DNA of 64,000 nucleotides, taken from contig CATYVH010000004.1 in the NCBI GenBank assembly GCA_958413765.1, positions 38,672 through 102,671 on the forward strand. The letters run 5' to 3'. A model generated the notes under the pieces. That model was not told the origin of the DNA and made no database searches. It saw only the letters and a list, made by a program, of their open reading frames with translations. Each line of letters opens with the position of its first letter. Positions within the stretch are counted from its first letter, which is position 1. The position numbers and the translations under genes were made by a program. Positions 20,045 to 29,923 of this stretch are shown piece by piece. This DNA comes from an uncultured Collinsella sp. GTDB lineage: Bacteria; Actinomycetota; Coriobacteriia; Coriobacteriales; Coriobacteriaceae.

Positions 20045-20989
20045 CTACTTACTGTCACAGGAACTGATTAAGACCTTAAAATCACCAAGCAGGGAACGAT
20101 TTGACAGTTCATACTTACGGTATTTTAGAATGGTGCCTAAATCACTTATTTTTAGGCCACCTACGAGCAAGTGCAAACGGGCATTTAAAACAGAACCGTA
20201 ATGCTCTATATGTGAAGAAGTTATACGATAATCGCCAGGATTACTACTGCAGTATTCTTCTAAAACCTTAGAAAATCTCAAGCACATCCCTATCTCAGCA
20301 ACACGAGATTTCTTGTCAATATGTCGCATCTCAGTTGCATTAGAGTCATGCCTGCGGAACCGAATCAAGGGCTGATTTAGAAGTCTGAGAGTCCCCTTCA
20401 GTAATGAGAAGCGCCATAACATACCGTCATGCGCAAAATCATCCTGCCAATATGGCATGATTTCCCTTATAAAACTAGATTTAACGGCATACGAACATCC
20501 AGGGCGCCGTACCGACATAAACTTGCTATCGAAAACCGGGGTCTCCAAATCGTCCAGAGGTTTGGAATCATCGACAGCACCATAGACTGTTACCTTTTTA
20601 CCGCCGCTCTCATAAAACGGCTCGACGGCGCAGCTGAGAACCTCAATCGAGGGGTCCTTCTCGAGGATTGAGGACATCACAGCGATTTTATCGAGTTCCC
20701 AAATATCATCCTGGTCGCACGGGAAGACGATTCCATCGTCTATAGATGCAAGGTCAAGAAGCCGTTTAAAGCTCTTGCGCCAGCCGAAATTCGAGCTGTT
20801 CTTGTTGACGGTCCAATTAGCGAGTGCGTGTTCCTCGATGTATTCGCAGATGAGATCGAACGATCCATCTGTCGAGCAATCATCCGCGATCACCACCCGA
20901 TCCGGAGACACGGTCTGAAGTCGCAAGCTGTCTAGCTGTTCAGTAAGATATCGTGTGCCGTTATAGACTGACATCACAACCGTAACCAT
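20045..20989 (-). CDS. Family 2 glycosyltransferase
   Basis: VVMSVYNGTRYLTEQLDSLRLQT...ADDCSTDGS (GT2 DxD context). Confidence 0.85.
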   Translation of the reverse strand: MVTVVMSVYNGTRYLTEQLDSLRLQTVSPDRVVIADDCSTDGSFDLICEYIEEHALANWTVNKNSSNFGWRKSFKRLLDLASIDDGIVFPCDQDDIWELDKIAVMSSILEKDPSIEVLSCAVEPFYESGGKKVTVYGAVDDSKPLDDLETPVFDSKFMSVRRPGCSYAVKSSFIREIMPYWQDDFAHDGMLWRFSLLKGTLRLLNQPLIRFRRHDSNATEMRHIDKKSRVAEIGMCLRFSKVLEEYCSSNPGDYRITSSHIEHYGSVLNARLHLLVGGLKISDLGTILKYRKYELSNRSLLGDFKVLISSCDSK

Positions 20990-21006
20990 TAAAAACCTTC
21001 GTCCAA

Positions 21007-22224
21007 TTAAAGTTCAGCCATTAGCTGATCGTAAATATTGATAAGACGTTCAACATACGCGATCTTTTTGAGATGGCTAAAGTCCGCCTTCTCAACTGCC
21101 TCCCTGTAACGCGAGTAAACATCAGAATCGAGCATATTGACCATTGCGTCAGATAGCGACTCCACACTACCTGCGTTGAAGATCTCGCCGAGACCTTTTG
21201 ACATCACAAAGGAGGCCGCATCGCCGACATCCGAAACAATACATGGCAGGCCGGCGGCAATCATTGCTTCATAAGCGACGAGCCCGAACGTCTCTCGCCA
21301 AACAGAAGGCATGACGATAGCGCGAGATTGTTTCATGACGGAAAGAACTTCATCATGAGGCAAGGAGCCCATGAATCTGATATCTGGATAGCTATCCGAC
21401 AACCTCTTCAATTCGGTACCGTCGCCAATGACGATCGCATTCACGCCCGCCCGACAGGCCGCTTCGCAAAACAAGTCACAGCCTTTCTCTGGACTTAAGC
21501 GGCCGACGAATAGGTATGCCGAAGAATCTCCTTCGGAATCATCTTGAAACTTAGCCGCATCAACATAGTTTAAGCAGTCATACCGTTCAGAATTCCACGC
21601 TAGATGAGGTTCGATCAATCGACGGCTGGAGTCGGAGACAAAGGCGACCGCCGGGCGAAGCGAGCCTAAGACATGGTTCTGCACGGAGAAACGAACGGAC
21701 CGGTACAATTTTTGGGCATACGAGCGCTTGTCACAGTTGTGCAGCAGGCACTTCGAAGAACCGGGAGCGATTCCGCAGTTACAATGATTCACATAGTCGT
21801 AGAGCCCACCGTTAGAGCAAACAAGGAAGTACTCATGGGCAGTAATGAGACATTTGAAGCCCCGTCGCTCTATTGCCCTGAATATAGAGGGAGAAAGGGA
21901 GTGCGTCCAAGAATGCACATGAACGACCGCCGTTTCTGGGTCAAGCTGATTGAGCAAATCATCCAGCGCCGTTTCCGAGCGTCGGTTCCAGATGCCCTGA
22001 ACAGCACCAGAGACGCCACCGTTCAAGACGTCGCCCTGCCCGCAATTAACGCAAATAACCCCCGATTCGACCAAAGCCGGATCGGGATCTCCCAGCGCTG
22101 AGAAGAAATAGCTGTTAAGCCCCATCTTTGCCAATGCCGAAGCTGTCTCGATTGCGATTTTTGAAGCTCCACCCCCGATATGGGGACGGTCGCAAATCGT
22201 AATCGCTGTGGTAAGGCTACTCAT
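21007..22224 (-). CDS. Family 4 (GT-B) glycosyltransferase
   Basis: C-terminal FMGSLPHDEVLSVMKQSRAIVMPSVWRETFGLVAYEAMIAAGLPCIV is the classic GT4 EX7E region. Confidence 0.85.
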   Translation of the reverse strand: MSSLTTAITICDRPHIGGGASKIAIETASALAKMGLNSYFFSALGDPDPALVESGVICVNCGQGDVLNGGVSGAVQGIWNRRSETALDDLLNQLDPETAVVHVHSWTHSLSPSIFRAIERRGFKCLITAHEYFLVCSNGGLYDYVNHCNCGIAPGSSKCLLHNCDKRSYAQKLYRSVRFSVQNHVLGSLRPAVAFVSDSSRRLIEPHLAWNSERYDCLNYVDAAKFQDDSEGDSSAYLFVGRLSPEKGCDLFCEAACRAGVNAIVIGDGTELKRLSDSYPDIRFMGSLPHDEVLSVMKQSRAIVMPSVWRETFGLVAYEAMIAAGLPCIVSDVGDAASFVMSKGLGEIFNAGSVESLSDAMVNMLDSDVYSRYREAVEKADFSHLKKIAYVERLINIYDQLMAEL

Positions 22225-23461
22225 GCGCGTTCCCAGGTATAATGGATCGGACCAAACGTTTTACGCCCAACCGCATCGACGGCGGAAGCATTTTTTTCAC
22301 ACGGTCGAAAAGGCTCACTTTGGGAACCAAGACAGAATCAAAGATCCCCGACCCCAGTGCCTCATACTGAGCGATGACCGCATCGCGCCTCTCTTCAAGT
22401 CCTGAACGCTTATTAGGGTCTTCATGCAGGAGCACGTCATCCGCTGCGACGTCGTTGTTAGAATAGGCAACGCAATCGACTATCTCATCAATCAGCTTGG
22501 CGCCGCGCTCGGTCTTCACGATAACGGCTGAAATGCCCTTCTCAGGATACACGCAGTCTCGGGCTGACTCAGAACGCCAGGAGTCGCCGAGGATAATGTC
22601 AGCGGGACTGTCGCACCCTCTGAAGGGACAACTATAGCAAGACGATCTGCTGATCATGCCTTTGATATAGGACCCATAAAACGGGTCGAATGCGGCGGGC
22701 CTCTTTATAATCCTGCCGTCGGACAACTCAATCTTTATGTTATGGCCCCAACCGAATTTCGATTTATCTCTAAAAGTCAGTGCGGTGACATCGGACTTCT
22801 CCCGAAGCTCAAGCCAGTCAACATAGGAACGAAACATGGAAGAGCTTGGTACACCGTGGCAAACAACGCTGACGGTTGTCAGCCCATCCATCGGCTTACC
22901 CAAATAGAGAAGCAGCGCGGAAACCTGGCAGGGAGTACCGCTAAACAGTACATGCTTGCCGGATTTCAGATCGTTGAGCACATCGGGGTACGATTCACTC
23001 GCATCGCTCTGGACATATTTGGACTTTTGAAGGAGCGCAATATCGGCAAGATCGGATATACCGATATGCCTAACGCAATCAACACCGTCCCAAGCGGCGC
23101 CGTAAACACGCCCACCTTTCTCAAGAACCCGCTTCGCGAGAAGAGAGAAGACGCCGCCGGACGAACTCTGCGCGAGCTCGTCAGAATCACCACTCTGCAA
23201 AACAGCGGCGCGAATGACCTCCGAGTCCGCATCAACTCGGTTTTCCGCCGGACAGGAGCGCAGGCATAGGCCACAGGAAGTGCATTTGGCTGCATCCACC
23301 ACGGGATAATCAAAACCATCGGGCGAAGGATGCATTTCAATAGCCGAAAAAGGGCATTTGGCCGCACATGCTCCGCATCCAAAACAGGCTTGATGAGAAA
23401 TTATGGCGATGTTTTTGTTCAAGCTGACTCCCCCTATTGTTCGAGAGCATCCAAGAGCCAA
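22217..23461 (-). CDS. Coenzyme F420 hydrogenase/dehydrogenase beta-subunit-like FeS protein (polysaccharide pyruvylation-associated)
   Basis: Two 4Fe-4S CxxCxxCxxxCP motifs at the N-terminus (CFGCGACAAKCP, CTSCGLCLRSCP). Adjacent to a pyruvyl transferase, as is usual for this family. Confidence 0.7.
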   Translation of the reverse strand: MALGCSRTIGGVSLNKNIAIISHQACFGCGACAAKCPFSAIEMHPSPDGFDYPVVDAAKCTSCGLCLRSCPAENRVDADSEVIRAAVLQSGDSDELAQSSSGGVFSLLAKRVLEKGGRVYGAAWDGVDCVRHIGISDLADIALLQKSKYVQSDASESYPDVLNDLKSGKHVLFSGTPCQVSALLLYLGKPMDGLTTVSVVCHGVPSSSMFRSYVDWLELREKSDVTALTFRDKSKFGWGHNIKIELSDGRIIKRPAAFDPFYGSYIKGMISRSSCYSCPFRGCDSPADIILGDSWRSESARDCVYPEKGISAVIVKTERGAKLIDEIVDCVAYSNNDVAADDVLLHEDPNKRSGLEERRDAVIAQYEALGSGIFDSVLVPKVSLFDRVKKMLPPSMRLGVKRLVRSIIPGNAHE

Positions 23462-24552
23462 TTTTTCGAGAACGAGATGAGTGACTCCACATCCGACAGA
23501 CGTCTTTCATACCCCTCGATTTCAGTAGCATGCATGTGGCTTTCATAGCCATCGAGTAGGCGATCTTCAGTGTTCGAGAGCCTCGCGAGGCTCTCGACTC
23601 GGGAATTCTGAGAGCGTTTGTCGGTCTCCTCAAATCGCTTGAAGCAGTAATAGTCCTTGCGAAAGATTTGGGAGAATAGCGTACCGTGCAACGAATCGGT
23701 CAGCACGAACCGCGCACTCGCCAAATACGCGAGCCATTCATCGGGACCAAGCCCGTAGCGTGGATTAAGCTCCTCGTCGACTGCATTTTTACCTGAACCA
23801 ACAAGCGTCACAACTTCGCAGCCGAGCTCCTTCGAAATCGATTCGACCGCTTTCCTGTAAAACGGCCTATCCCCAAGAAAGTAGCAGACAATTTTACCGG
23901 GCTCAGGACATTTTCCGTCAATGAGAGGGGCCCAGTCCTCCTTCGACAGAAGCAGGACAGGGTCCACGACCTGTGAGGGACGCTCAAGACCGAGTGATTC
24001 GACAAAATCCGCACCGGCATCTTCGCGAACAGATACGGAACTGAAAGATTTAAGAAGATTAGCAATGATCCTCTTCTTCCTCTCTGTGGTGTTCGTAACA
24101 CCGAAGCTGGGCGCATACGCGATTCGCTTATCACTGTCGCTCAGAAAGGAGAAATAGAAATTCCTGTTCAAAAGATATGGCGACCAAATCTGATCCGATC
24201 CACAGACGTACGCATCGTATTTCCCCCGCAAGCCGACCAGTCCGTCTGTATCGGTAATCCGTTCAGTAGTAACGATATTCTGGCTTAAAAAGCGATTGAA
24301 AACATCAGCGGTCGAGGAACCGAAGTCGTCATGCTCCTTCTTACGATTGAGCAGCTCATGTGCTTTACCGGCAAACAAATCGAAGGAATTTCGGTTGATC
24401 GCCCAGTTCAGTAGCTTTTCTTTGACGCAGGGGAGATAGTCGGCGTCAACAACATCATGACCCTCGGACTTCAAGAACTGCTGCAGAGCATAAGCCTGGA
24501 GCAACGTGCCGAAATTTTGGTTATGGAGCCACGTTAAAATACAGATTTTCAT
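23434..24552 (-). CDS. Polysaccharide pyruvyl transferase (CsaB/WcaK family)
   Basis: MKICILTWLHNQNFGTLLQAYALQQFL N-terminus typical of PS_pyruv_trans. Paired with the F420H2-DH-like protein. Confidence 0.75.
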   Translation of the reverse strand: MKICILTWLHNQNFGTLLQAYALQQFLKSEGHDVVDADYLPCVKEKLLNWAINRNSFDLFAGKAHELLNRKKEHDDFGSSTADVFNRFLSQNIVTTERITDTDGLVGLRGKYDAYVCGSDQIWSPYLLNRNFYFSFLSDSDKRIAYAPSFGVTNTTERKKRIIANLLKSFSSVSVREDAGADFVESLGLERPSQVVDPVLLLSKEDWAPLIDGKCPEPGKIVCYFLGDRPFYRKAVESISKELGCEVVTLVGSGKNAVDEELNPRYGLGPDEWLAYLASARFVLTDSLHGTLFSQIFRKDYYCFKRFEETDKRSQNSRVESLARLSNTEDRLLDGYESHMHATEIEGYERRLSDVESLISFSKNWLLDALEQ

Positions 24553-25661
24553 TAATTCACCGTTTCAAATAGCTTCAGGTAGTACTCTTCAAGCTTGGGC
24601 GCCGCCTTAAAGATGTCATAAGATTCAAACCCCGGAGATGAATGAGGATCGGAGCGATCAAAGACATCCCTGCGGGCGGCAAGGATCGCGTTGGACCACC
24701 CCTCGACGCCCATACTCAACGGAAGGAAGCTGCACCGACTGGATAACGCAACATCGTTGGGGACCCTTTCAGAGCAAATGCACGGGAGACCGGAAGCCTG
24801 GGCCTCAATCGCGACCATTCCGAGGCCCTCGTACAGGCTGGGGAGCACGAATAAATCGAGCGACTGATAGACGTCCTGCACATCAGAAATCTGGCCGAGA
24901 AAACGCACCGCCGAGGCAATGCCAAGTGAGCATGCCTTTTCCTCCGCTTGAGGTCTCAGTTTTCCATCGCCGCAGACGACAAGGATGGAATCAGGATTCT
25001 GAGCATGCACTGCCTTGAAAACATCAAGCAAAAACAACTGGTTCTTCTGAGAGATGAACCTACCGATATTCCCCAATACCAGCGTATCGTCCTTCGCTCC
25101 GAGCTGAGCACGTCGCTCGTCCCTAATCGATCGATTGAAAGAAAAGTTGTTCAAATCGATAGCATTATTAAAAACAGTAAAACGGGATGAACCGAACAGC
25201 CATTTTCCAGCATGCTCGGTGCAGGCTGCCAAATCAGTCGGATACCTTGTTGAGAACAGCTTCAAAGAGCCTTTGATGACATTTTTAGCAAACTCCCCCT
25301 TTCCGCTTGTAGAGTGGCTGTGGGCTATACGCACAGGTATGCCCGCCTTCTTAGCAGCGCGAAGCGGAAAGACAGAAAGCGCATTGATATGGCTGTGCAC
25401 AATCTTCCAGTTCTCTTCCTTAAAGAGGCGCTGAAGCTCTCGCTGGTATTCGACAACATGCTGGTAGGGAGGAATCTCAAAAACCCTGCCACCTAAAGAT
25501 TCAATCTCCTCGCGGGGAACAAGCGTCGAATCGGAATCGACAAGAAAATCGAACTGCACTTTGCTGCGATCAATATGGCGGTAGTAATTCATGACGACGG
25601 CCTCGACGCCGCCGCCAACCATCTTGCCAACAACCTGAGCTACTCTAATCGGTTCAGCCAT
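24552..25661 (-). CDS. Family 4 glycosyltransferase
   Basis: N-terminal RVAQVVGKMVGGGVE. C-terminal VLPSLYEGLGMVAIEAQASGLPCICS (EX7E). Confidence 0.85.
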   Translation of the reverse strand: MAEPIRVAQVVGKMVGGGVEAVVMNYYRHIDRSKVQFDFLVDSDSTLVPREEIESLGGRVFEIPPYQHVVEYQRELQRLFKEENWKIVHSHINALSVFPLRAAKKAGIPVRIAHSHSTSGKGEFAKNVIKGSLKLFSTRYPTDLAACTEHAGKWLFGSSRFTVFNNAIDLNNFSFNRSIRDERRAQLGAKDDTLVLGNIGRFISQKNQLFLLDVFKAVHAQNPDSILVVCGDGKLRPQAEEKACSLGIASAVRFLGQISDVQDVYQSLDLFVLPSLYEGLGMVAIEAQASGLPCICSERVPNDVALSSRCSFLPLSMGVEGWSNAILAARRDVFDRSDPHSSPGFESYDIFKAAPKLEEYYLKLFETVN

Positions 25662-26465
25662 TTAGCAAGCACCGCCACCGGTAAAGACCTCAACGACCGT
25701 GAGGAGAACAATCTTCAGGTCCGTGATGGGACCGCGTTTGGCGATGTACTCGAGATCACGTCGAACCATGCCGTCGAAGTCGGTATCGTTGCGGTCCGTG
25801 ACCTGCCACCAGCCGGTGATCCCGGGCTTAACCGCCAGACGCTGCAGGTCGAATTCTGTATACTCGGCCACCTCGTTGGGCAGCGGCGGGCGCGGGCCCA
25901 CGACGGACATCTGGCCCAGGAACACGTTCACGAACTGCGGGAACTCGTCGATGGAGTGCTTACGGATGAACTTGCCGATCTTGGTGACGCGCGGGTCTTC
26001 CTTCATCTTGAACATGGCGCCGGCGATCTCGTTTCGCTCCTTGAGCTCGGCGAGACGCTCGTCGGCGTCCCTGTACATGGAGCGGAACTTCCACATGCGG
26101 AAGGTGGACAGGCTGCCGTCGCGGCGGGTCTGGCCCACGCGGATCTGGCTGTAGAACGGGTTGCCCTCGCTCTCCAGGCGGATGGCCGCGGCGAGCACCA
26201 GACTCGGAATGGCGATGACGGCCAGAACGCAGCCGCTGAACACAATGTCGAACACGCGCTTTACGGCGCGGTAGCCCAGGCGCGTGCGGTCCCAGTCCTT
26301 CACGGCCTGCATGCCCTTGTAGCGCATGCTCGCGTCGTCGCCGCTCATGGCCTGGGCGACCAGCACGGCCCCCACCGGCGCGTTTTGCCCTGTCACTTCT
26401 TTAGTAGTCAAGTTCAAATCCACGTCCCTGTTCCCAGGGACACCCCCCCCCATCGATGAATTCAA
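25662..26465 (-). CDS. Initiating undecaprenyl-phosphate sugar phosphotransferase (bacterial sugar transferase, WbaP/CpsE family)
   Basis: KRVFDIVFSGCVLAVIAIPSLVLAAAIRLES...PFYSQIRVG...FRMWKFRSM...VVGPRP hallmark of Bac_transf. Confidence 0.85.
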   Translation of the reverse strand: MNSSMGGGVPGNRDVDLNLTTKEVTGQNAPVGAVLVAQAMSGDDASMRYKGMQAVKDWDRTRLGYRAVKRVFDIVFSGCVLAVIAIPSLVLAAAIRLESEGNPFYSQIRVGQTRRDGSLSTFRMWKFRSMYRDADERLAELKERNEIAGAMFKMKEDPRVTKIGKFIRKHSIDEFPQFVNVFLGQMSVVGPRPPLPNEVAEYTEFDLQRLAVKPGITGWWQVTDRNDTDFDGMVRRDLEYIAKRGPITDLKIVLLTVVEVFTGGGAC

Positions 26466-26497
26466 ATAACGAATGAATTACCAGCGCAACGTCTCCC

Positions 26498-27121
26498 TTA
26501 CGTTTTGCTGGGCACGTCGAGCGCAAGCAGCTCCCTAAAAGCGAAGTCGCCTTCGCCCACGTCCACCAGGCACCAGCGTTTATGACGGTCGATCTTCTTT
26601 ACACGGGCCTCTTGCCCCACCAAGGGCCCCTGCTCTATGTGCAGCACACCGTCTTCTATGCGCGCCACGCTGTTGCGCACCACGCCGTTATCGTCGAGCA
26701 CGCTGCGGTACCAGTCCTGCGCATCGTCCGGCATGGGCGCATAGGCCCGCTCCTTACTGCCGGCAATGCGACAGCCAAAGCTCAGCTGAGCCAAAGCCTT
26801 GTCGAGCAGGGCAGCATCGCGCGTGGCGACGAAGAAGTATTCCTTGTACATGGGTTTGGTTTGGAGCGACCAGGCTCCGTCCCGCTTAAACCAGAACTCC
26901 TTTTGCATCACAAAAGCGTCTTGCATCAGCTCGTGCGGGATAATGCGACGGACCTTTTCGCAGGTCTCGCGTTCTTTACCATGGGAGGTGTGGACCAGAT
27001 ACCAGCGGACGCGGCCGCGCTGGCTTTTGGTGATAGCGCCGTTAAAAGCACCGGGCAGCTGCTCTTGGCGCCGCATTGTCCGTTCCATGTTCTCGCCCCC
27101 TTCTCCAGCTCCGCGACGCAC
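26498..27121 (-). CDS. NusG-family transcription antiterminator paralog (UpxY/LoaP-like) heading the polysaccharide locus
   Basis: NGN-domain signature RWYLVHTSHGKERETCEKV. C-terminal KOW-like region. First gene of the polysaccharide cluster on the minus strand. Confidence 0.7.
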   Translation of the reverse strand: MRRGAGEGGENMERTMRRQEQLPGAFNGAITKSQRGRVRWYLVHTSHGKERETCEKVRRIIPHELMQDAFVMQKEFWFKRDGAWSLQTKPMYKEYFFVATRDAALLDKALAQLSFGCRIAGSKERAYAPMPDDAQDWYRSVLDDNGVVRNSVARIEDGVLHIEQGPLVGQEARVKKIDRHKRWCLVDVGEGDFAFRELLALDVPSKT

Positions 27122-27339
27122 GCAGATGCAGGGGCGTTAAGAACAGGCTTCTCGCTCGCAGCTAGGCGCAGTCGCAAAAGTACAGGTTTTTGTATCTTTC
27201 GACGTTGCTCATTATACGAGCAAACCGCTCACGTTTTACCAGATTGCACAAAATGCGCCGCGAATGGGCGCATCTCCATACCCCTCTACAAAAACCTGTA
27301 CCTTTTTGCACAACAAAAAAGCCGCTCTAACCAGCGGCT

Positions 27340-27405
27340 TTTCTTCTATAGACAACAAAAAGGCGACCGCCCGCGAGGACGATCGCCTTTGTTAATTCTT
27401 GTATT
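27340..27405 (-). terminator. Tandem rho-independent terminators downstream of thrS (minus strand)
   Basis: Minus-strand reading: GGCGATCGTCCTCGCGGGCGGTCGCC-TTTTT, then GCCGCTGGTTAGAGCGGC-TTTTTT. Confidence 0.65.
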
Positions 27406-27412
27406 GTTTGTG

Positions 27413-29176
27413 CTAGGCGCGGGTCTTGATCTCCTCGAGCACCTTGGCCACAAACTCGTCAACGCTCATCTGGACGGTCTCGTTGGAGCGATCGCGGACG
27501 GAGATGTTGCCGGCCTCGACCTCCTTCTCGCCCAAGATGAGCATGTAGGGCACGCGGTCGATGCTGCGAGCCTCACGGATCTTGTAGCCGATCTTCTCGT
27601 CGCGGTCGTCGCAGACCACGCGAATGCCGGCTTCCTCCAGCTTGGCGCACACCTCGTGAGCGTAGTCGCGGCTCTTCTCAGAGACGGGAAGCGCCTTGAC
27701 CTGCACGGGAGCCAACCAAGTGGGGAACTTGCCCGCAAAGTGCTCAATCAGAATGCCAATGAAGCGCTCGATGGAGCCAAAGCACACGCGGTGCAGCATG
27801 ATGGGGCGCTTCTTGGTGCCGTCGGCGTCCACGTACTCCAGGTCAAAGTTGAGCGGCATCTGGAAGTCGAGCTGCACGGTACCGCACTGCCAGGTACGGC
27901 CGAGCGAGTCCTCCAGGTGGAAGTCGATCTTGGGGCCGTAGAAGGCGCCGTCGCCCTCGTTGACCTCGTAGTCCATACCCAGCTTCTCCAGAGCGGTGCG
28001 CAGGCCTTCCTCGGCGCGCGCCCAGTCCTCGTCCGAACCCATGGAGTCCTCCGGGCGGGTGGAAAGCTCGACGTGATACTTAAAGCCAAACTTCTGGTAC
28101 ACGGAGTCGATGAGGTTGACAACGCCCACGATCTCGTCGGTCAGCTGGTCGGGACGAACAAACAGGTGGGCGTCGTCCTGGTTGAAGCAGCGCACGCGGA
28201 ACAGGCCGTGCAGGGCGCCGCGCAGCTCGTGGCGGTGCACCAGGCCAATCTCGCCGGCGCGGATGGGCAGCTCGCGGTAGGAGTGCGGCTTGGAGGCGTA
28301 CACCAGCACGCCGCCCGGGCAGTTCATGGGCTTAATGCAGTACTCTTCGTCGTCGATGACGGTGGAGTACATGTTGTCCTTGTAGTGGTCCCAGTGGCCC
28401 GAGGTCTTCCACAGCTGCTTGTTCATGATGAGCGGCGTGGAAATCTCCACGTAGCCGGCCTTGTGGTGGATCTCGCGCCAGTAGTCCAGCAGCGTGTTCT
28501 TAAGGATCATGCCGTTGGGCAGGAAGAACGGGAAGCCGGGGGCCTCGTCGCGCATCATAAAGAGGTCCATCTCGCGGCCGATTTTGCGGTGGTCGCGCTT
28601 CTTGGCCTCCTCCAGCATGTGCATGTGCTCGTCGAGCTCTTCCTTGGTGGCAAAGGCGACGCCGTTGATGCGGGTGAGCATCTTGTTGTCCTTGTCGCCC
28701 TTCCAGTAAGCGCCCGAGACGCCGGTTAGCTTAAAGGCCTTCAGCGCCTTGGTGTAGCAGATGTGGGGGCCGACGCACATGTCGATGTAGTCGCCCTGCT
28801 GGTAGAAGGTGATGCGGGCGTCGTCGTCCAGATCGCCGATGTGCTCGACCTTGTACTTCTCGCCGCGCTCCTCCATAAGGGCGATGGCCTCGGCACGGGG
28901 CTTCTCGTACACGGAGAACTTGAGGTTCTCCTTGACGATCTTCTTCATCTCAGCCTCGATCGCGGGGAAGTCGTCCTCGCTGATCTTGACGCCCTCGGGA
29001 AGGTCGACGTCGTAGTAAAAACCGTTGTCGGTCGCGGGGCCGTAGGCAAAGTCGGCCTGGGGGTACAGGCGCTTGATGGCCTGCGCCATGATGTGCGCGG
29101 CGGAGTGGCGGATGACGTGCGTGACCTCGTCCTGCGGGAGCTCGGCCACCGAACCGTCATTGTAGAGTGCCTTCAT
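27413..29176 (-). CDS. thrS: Threonine--tRNA ligase (form lacking the N-terminal TGS domain)
   Basis: 587 aa. Begins near the N2 editing domain (HSAAHIMAQAIKRLYP...GFYYDVD). Class II catalytic core and anticodon-binding domain are present. Confidence 0.9.
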   Translation of the reverse strand: MKALYNDGSVAELPQDEVTHVIRHSAAHIMAQAIKRLYPQADFAYGPATDNGFYYDVDLPEGVKISEDDFPAIEAEMKKIVKENLKFSVYEKPRAEAIALMEERGEKYKVEHIGDLDDDARITFYQQGDYIDMCVGPHICYTKALKAFKLTGVSGAYWKGDKDNKMLTRINGVAFATKEELDEHMHMLEEAKKRDHRKIGREMDLFMMRDEAPGFPFFLPNGMILKNTLLDYWREIHHKAGYVEISTPLIMNKQLWKTSGHWDHYKDNMYSTVIDDEEYCIKPMNCPGGVLVYASKPHSYRELPIRAGEIGLVHRHELRGALHGLFRVRCFNQDDAHLFVRPDQLTDEIVGVVNLIDSVYQKFGFKYHVELSTRPEDSMGSDEDWARAEEGLRTALEKLGMDYEVNEGDGAFYGPKIDFHLEDSLGRTWQCGTVQLDFQMPLNFDLEYVDADGTKKRPIMLHRVCFGSIERFIGILIEHFAGKFPTWLAPVQVKALPVSEKSRDYAHEVCAKLEEAGIRVVCDDRDEKIGYKIREARSIDRVPYMLILGEKEVEAGNISVRDRSNETVQMSVDEFVAKVLEEIKTRA

Positions 29177-29393
29177 GGGTATGTTTTCTCCTCTCGGATG
29201 CCTGATGCAAGTGCGTGCGATGCGCTCGGCGTTTTAACTTGCATCATTATAGGCAGGTTGCCTTGGTATACAAGCGCCCGCCGCACCTTAATGGCACGGC
29301 GGGCGATTTTCTACGCATGCTTCATCGTGTGGGTCGGGGTGCGTGTGGCTTGCGGCGCGCCCGTGGCTTGCGGCCGGCCCGGCGATGGATGCG

Positions 29394-29870
29394 TTACTGG
29401 ATGCGAGTTCGGCAGTAGGGGCAGACCTTCCAATGCGCATCGAGCGGGCGATGGCAGCTGGGACACACGTTGCGAACCTGGGTATCGCACACCGGGCAGA
29501 CGACGAAGTCCTTCTCGATGGGCGCGCCGCACTGCGGGCAGGTGCCGTACTGGGCAAGCTGGCGCTCGCGCAGGGCCATGTCCAGCTCCTGCTCCTCGCG
29601 GTCGGACGCGTAAGAGTGCGGGCGCAGGACCAGGTAGGCGATGAGGCCTACAAACGGGATGAGGGCGATGATGCCCCATGCCACGTAGGCGCTGGCGCCG
29701 CGGCGGCGAGCGTCGATGAACACATAGACGACCGACAGCACATACAGGGCGATGATAAAGCCAACGAAGGCATAGACGACGCCCATAAGCTGCGGCGACA
29801 TGAGCTCGGAGATGTACTTGGACATTACGGGTACCTTTCGGAATATTAACAGTCTGGTCAAGTTTACCAC
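29394..29870 (-). CDS. Membrane-anchored double zinc-ribbon protein
   Basis: TM helices VYAFVGFIIALYVLSVVYVF and WGIIALIPFVGLIAYLVL, then CPQCG...CPVCD...CPSCH...CPYC. Probable start is MSKYISELM (29825). Confidence 0.6.
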   Translation of the reverse strand: MVNLTRLLIFRKVPVMSKYISELMSPQLMGVVYAFVGFIIALYVLSVVYVFIDARRRGASAYVAWGIIALIPFVGLIAYLVLRPHSYASDREEQELDMALRERQLAQYGTCPQCGAPIEKDFVVCPVCDTQVRNVCPSCHRPLDAHWKVCPYCRTRIQ

Positions 29871-29923
29871 GGGGTTTGTTTATATGGGACTACGGCTAGG
29901 CGCGGGGCTGGTGCGGACACAAA

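Noticed and set aside
26582-28729. 715-aa plus-strand ORF, plus many other long ORFs antisense to known genes (146-1504, 13918-15357, 15734-17353, 37338-39575, 39712-41142, 43466-46339, 47520-48776, 49245-50930, 51215-52816, 61414-63126, 30917-32744)
   Set aside because: All lie opposite well-supported conserved genes in high-GC DNA, where stop codons are rare. Their compositions are low-complexity and Ala/Arg/Gly-rich, typical of antisense artefacts.
29177-29393. T-box or attenuator leader for thrS
   Set aside because: Only about 90 nt lie between the putative promoter (TATAAT at about 29245) and the start. No specifier-loop/T-box sequence is visible.
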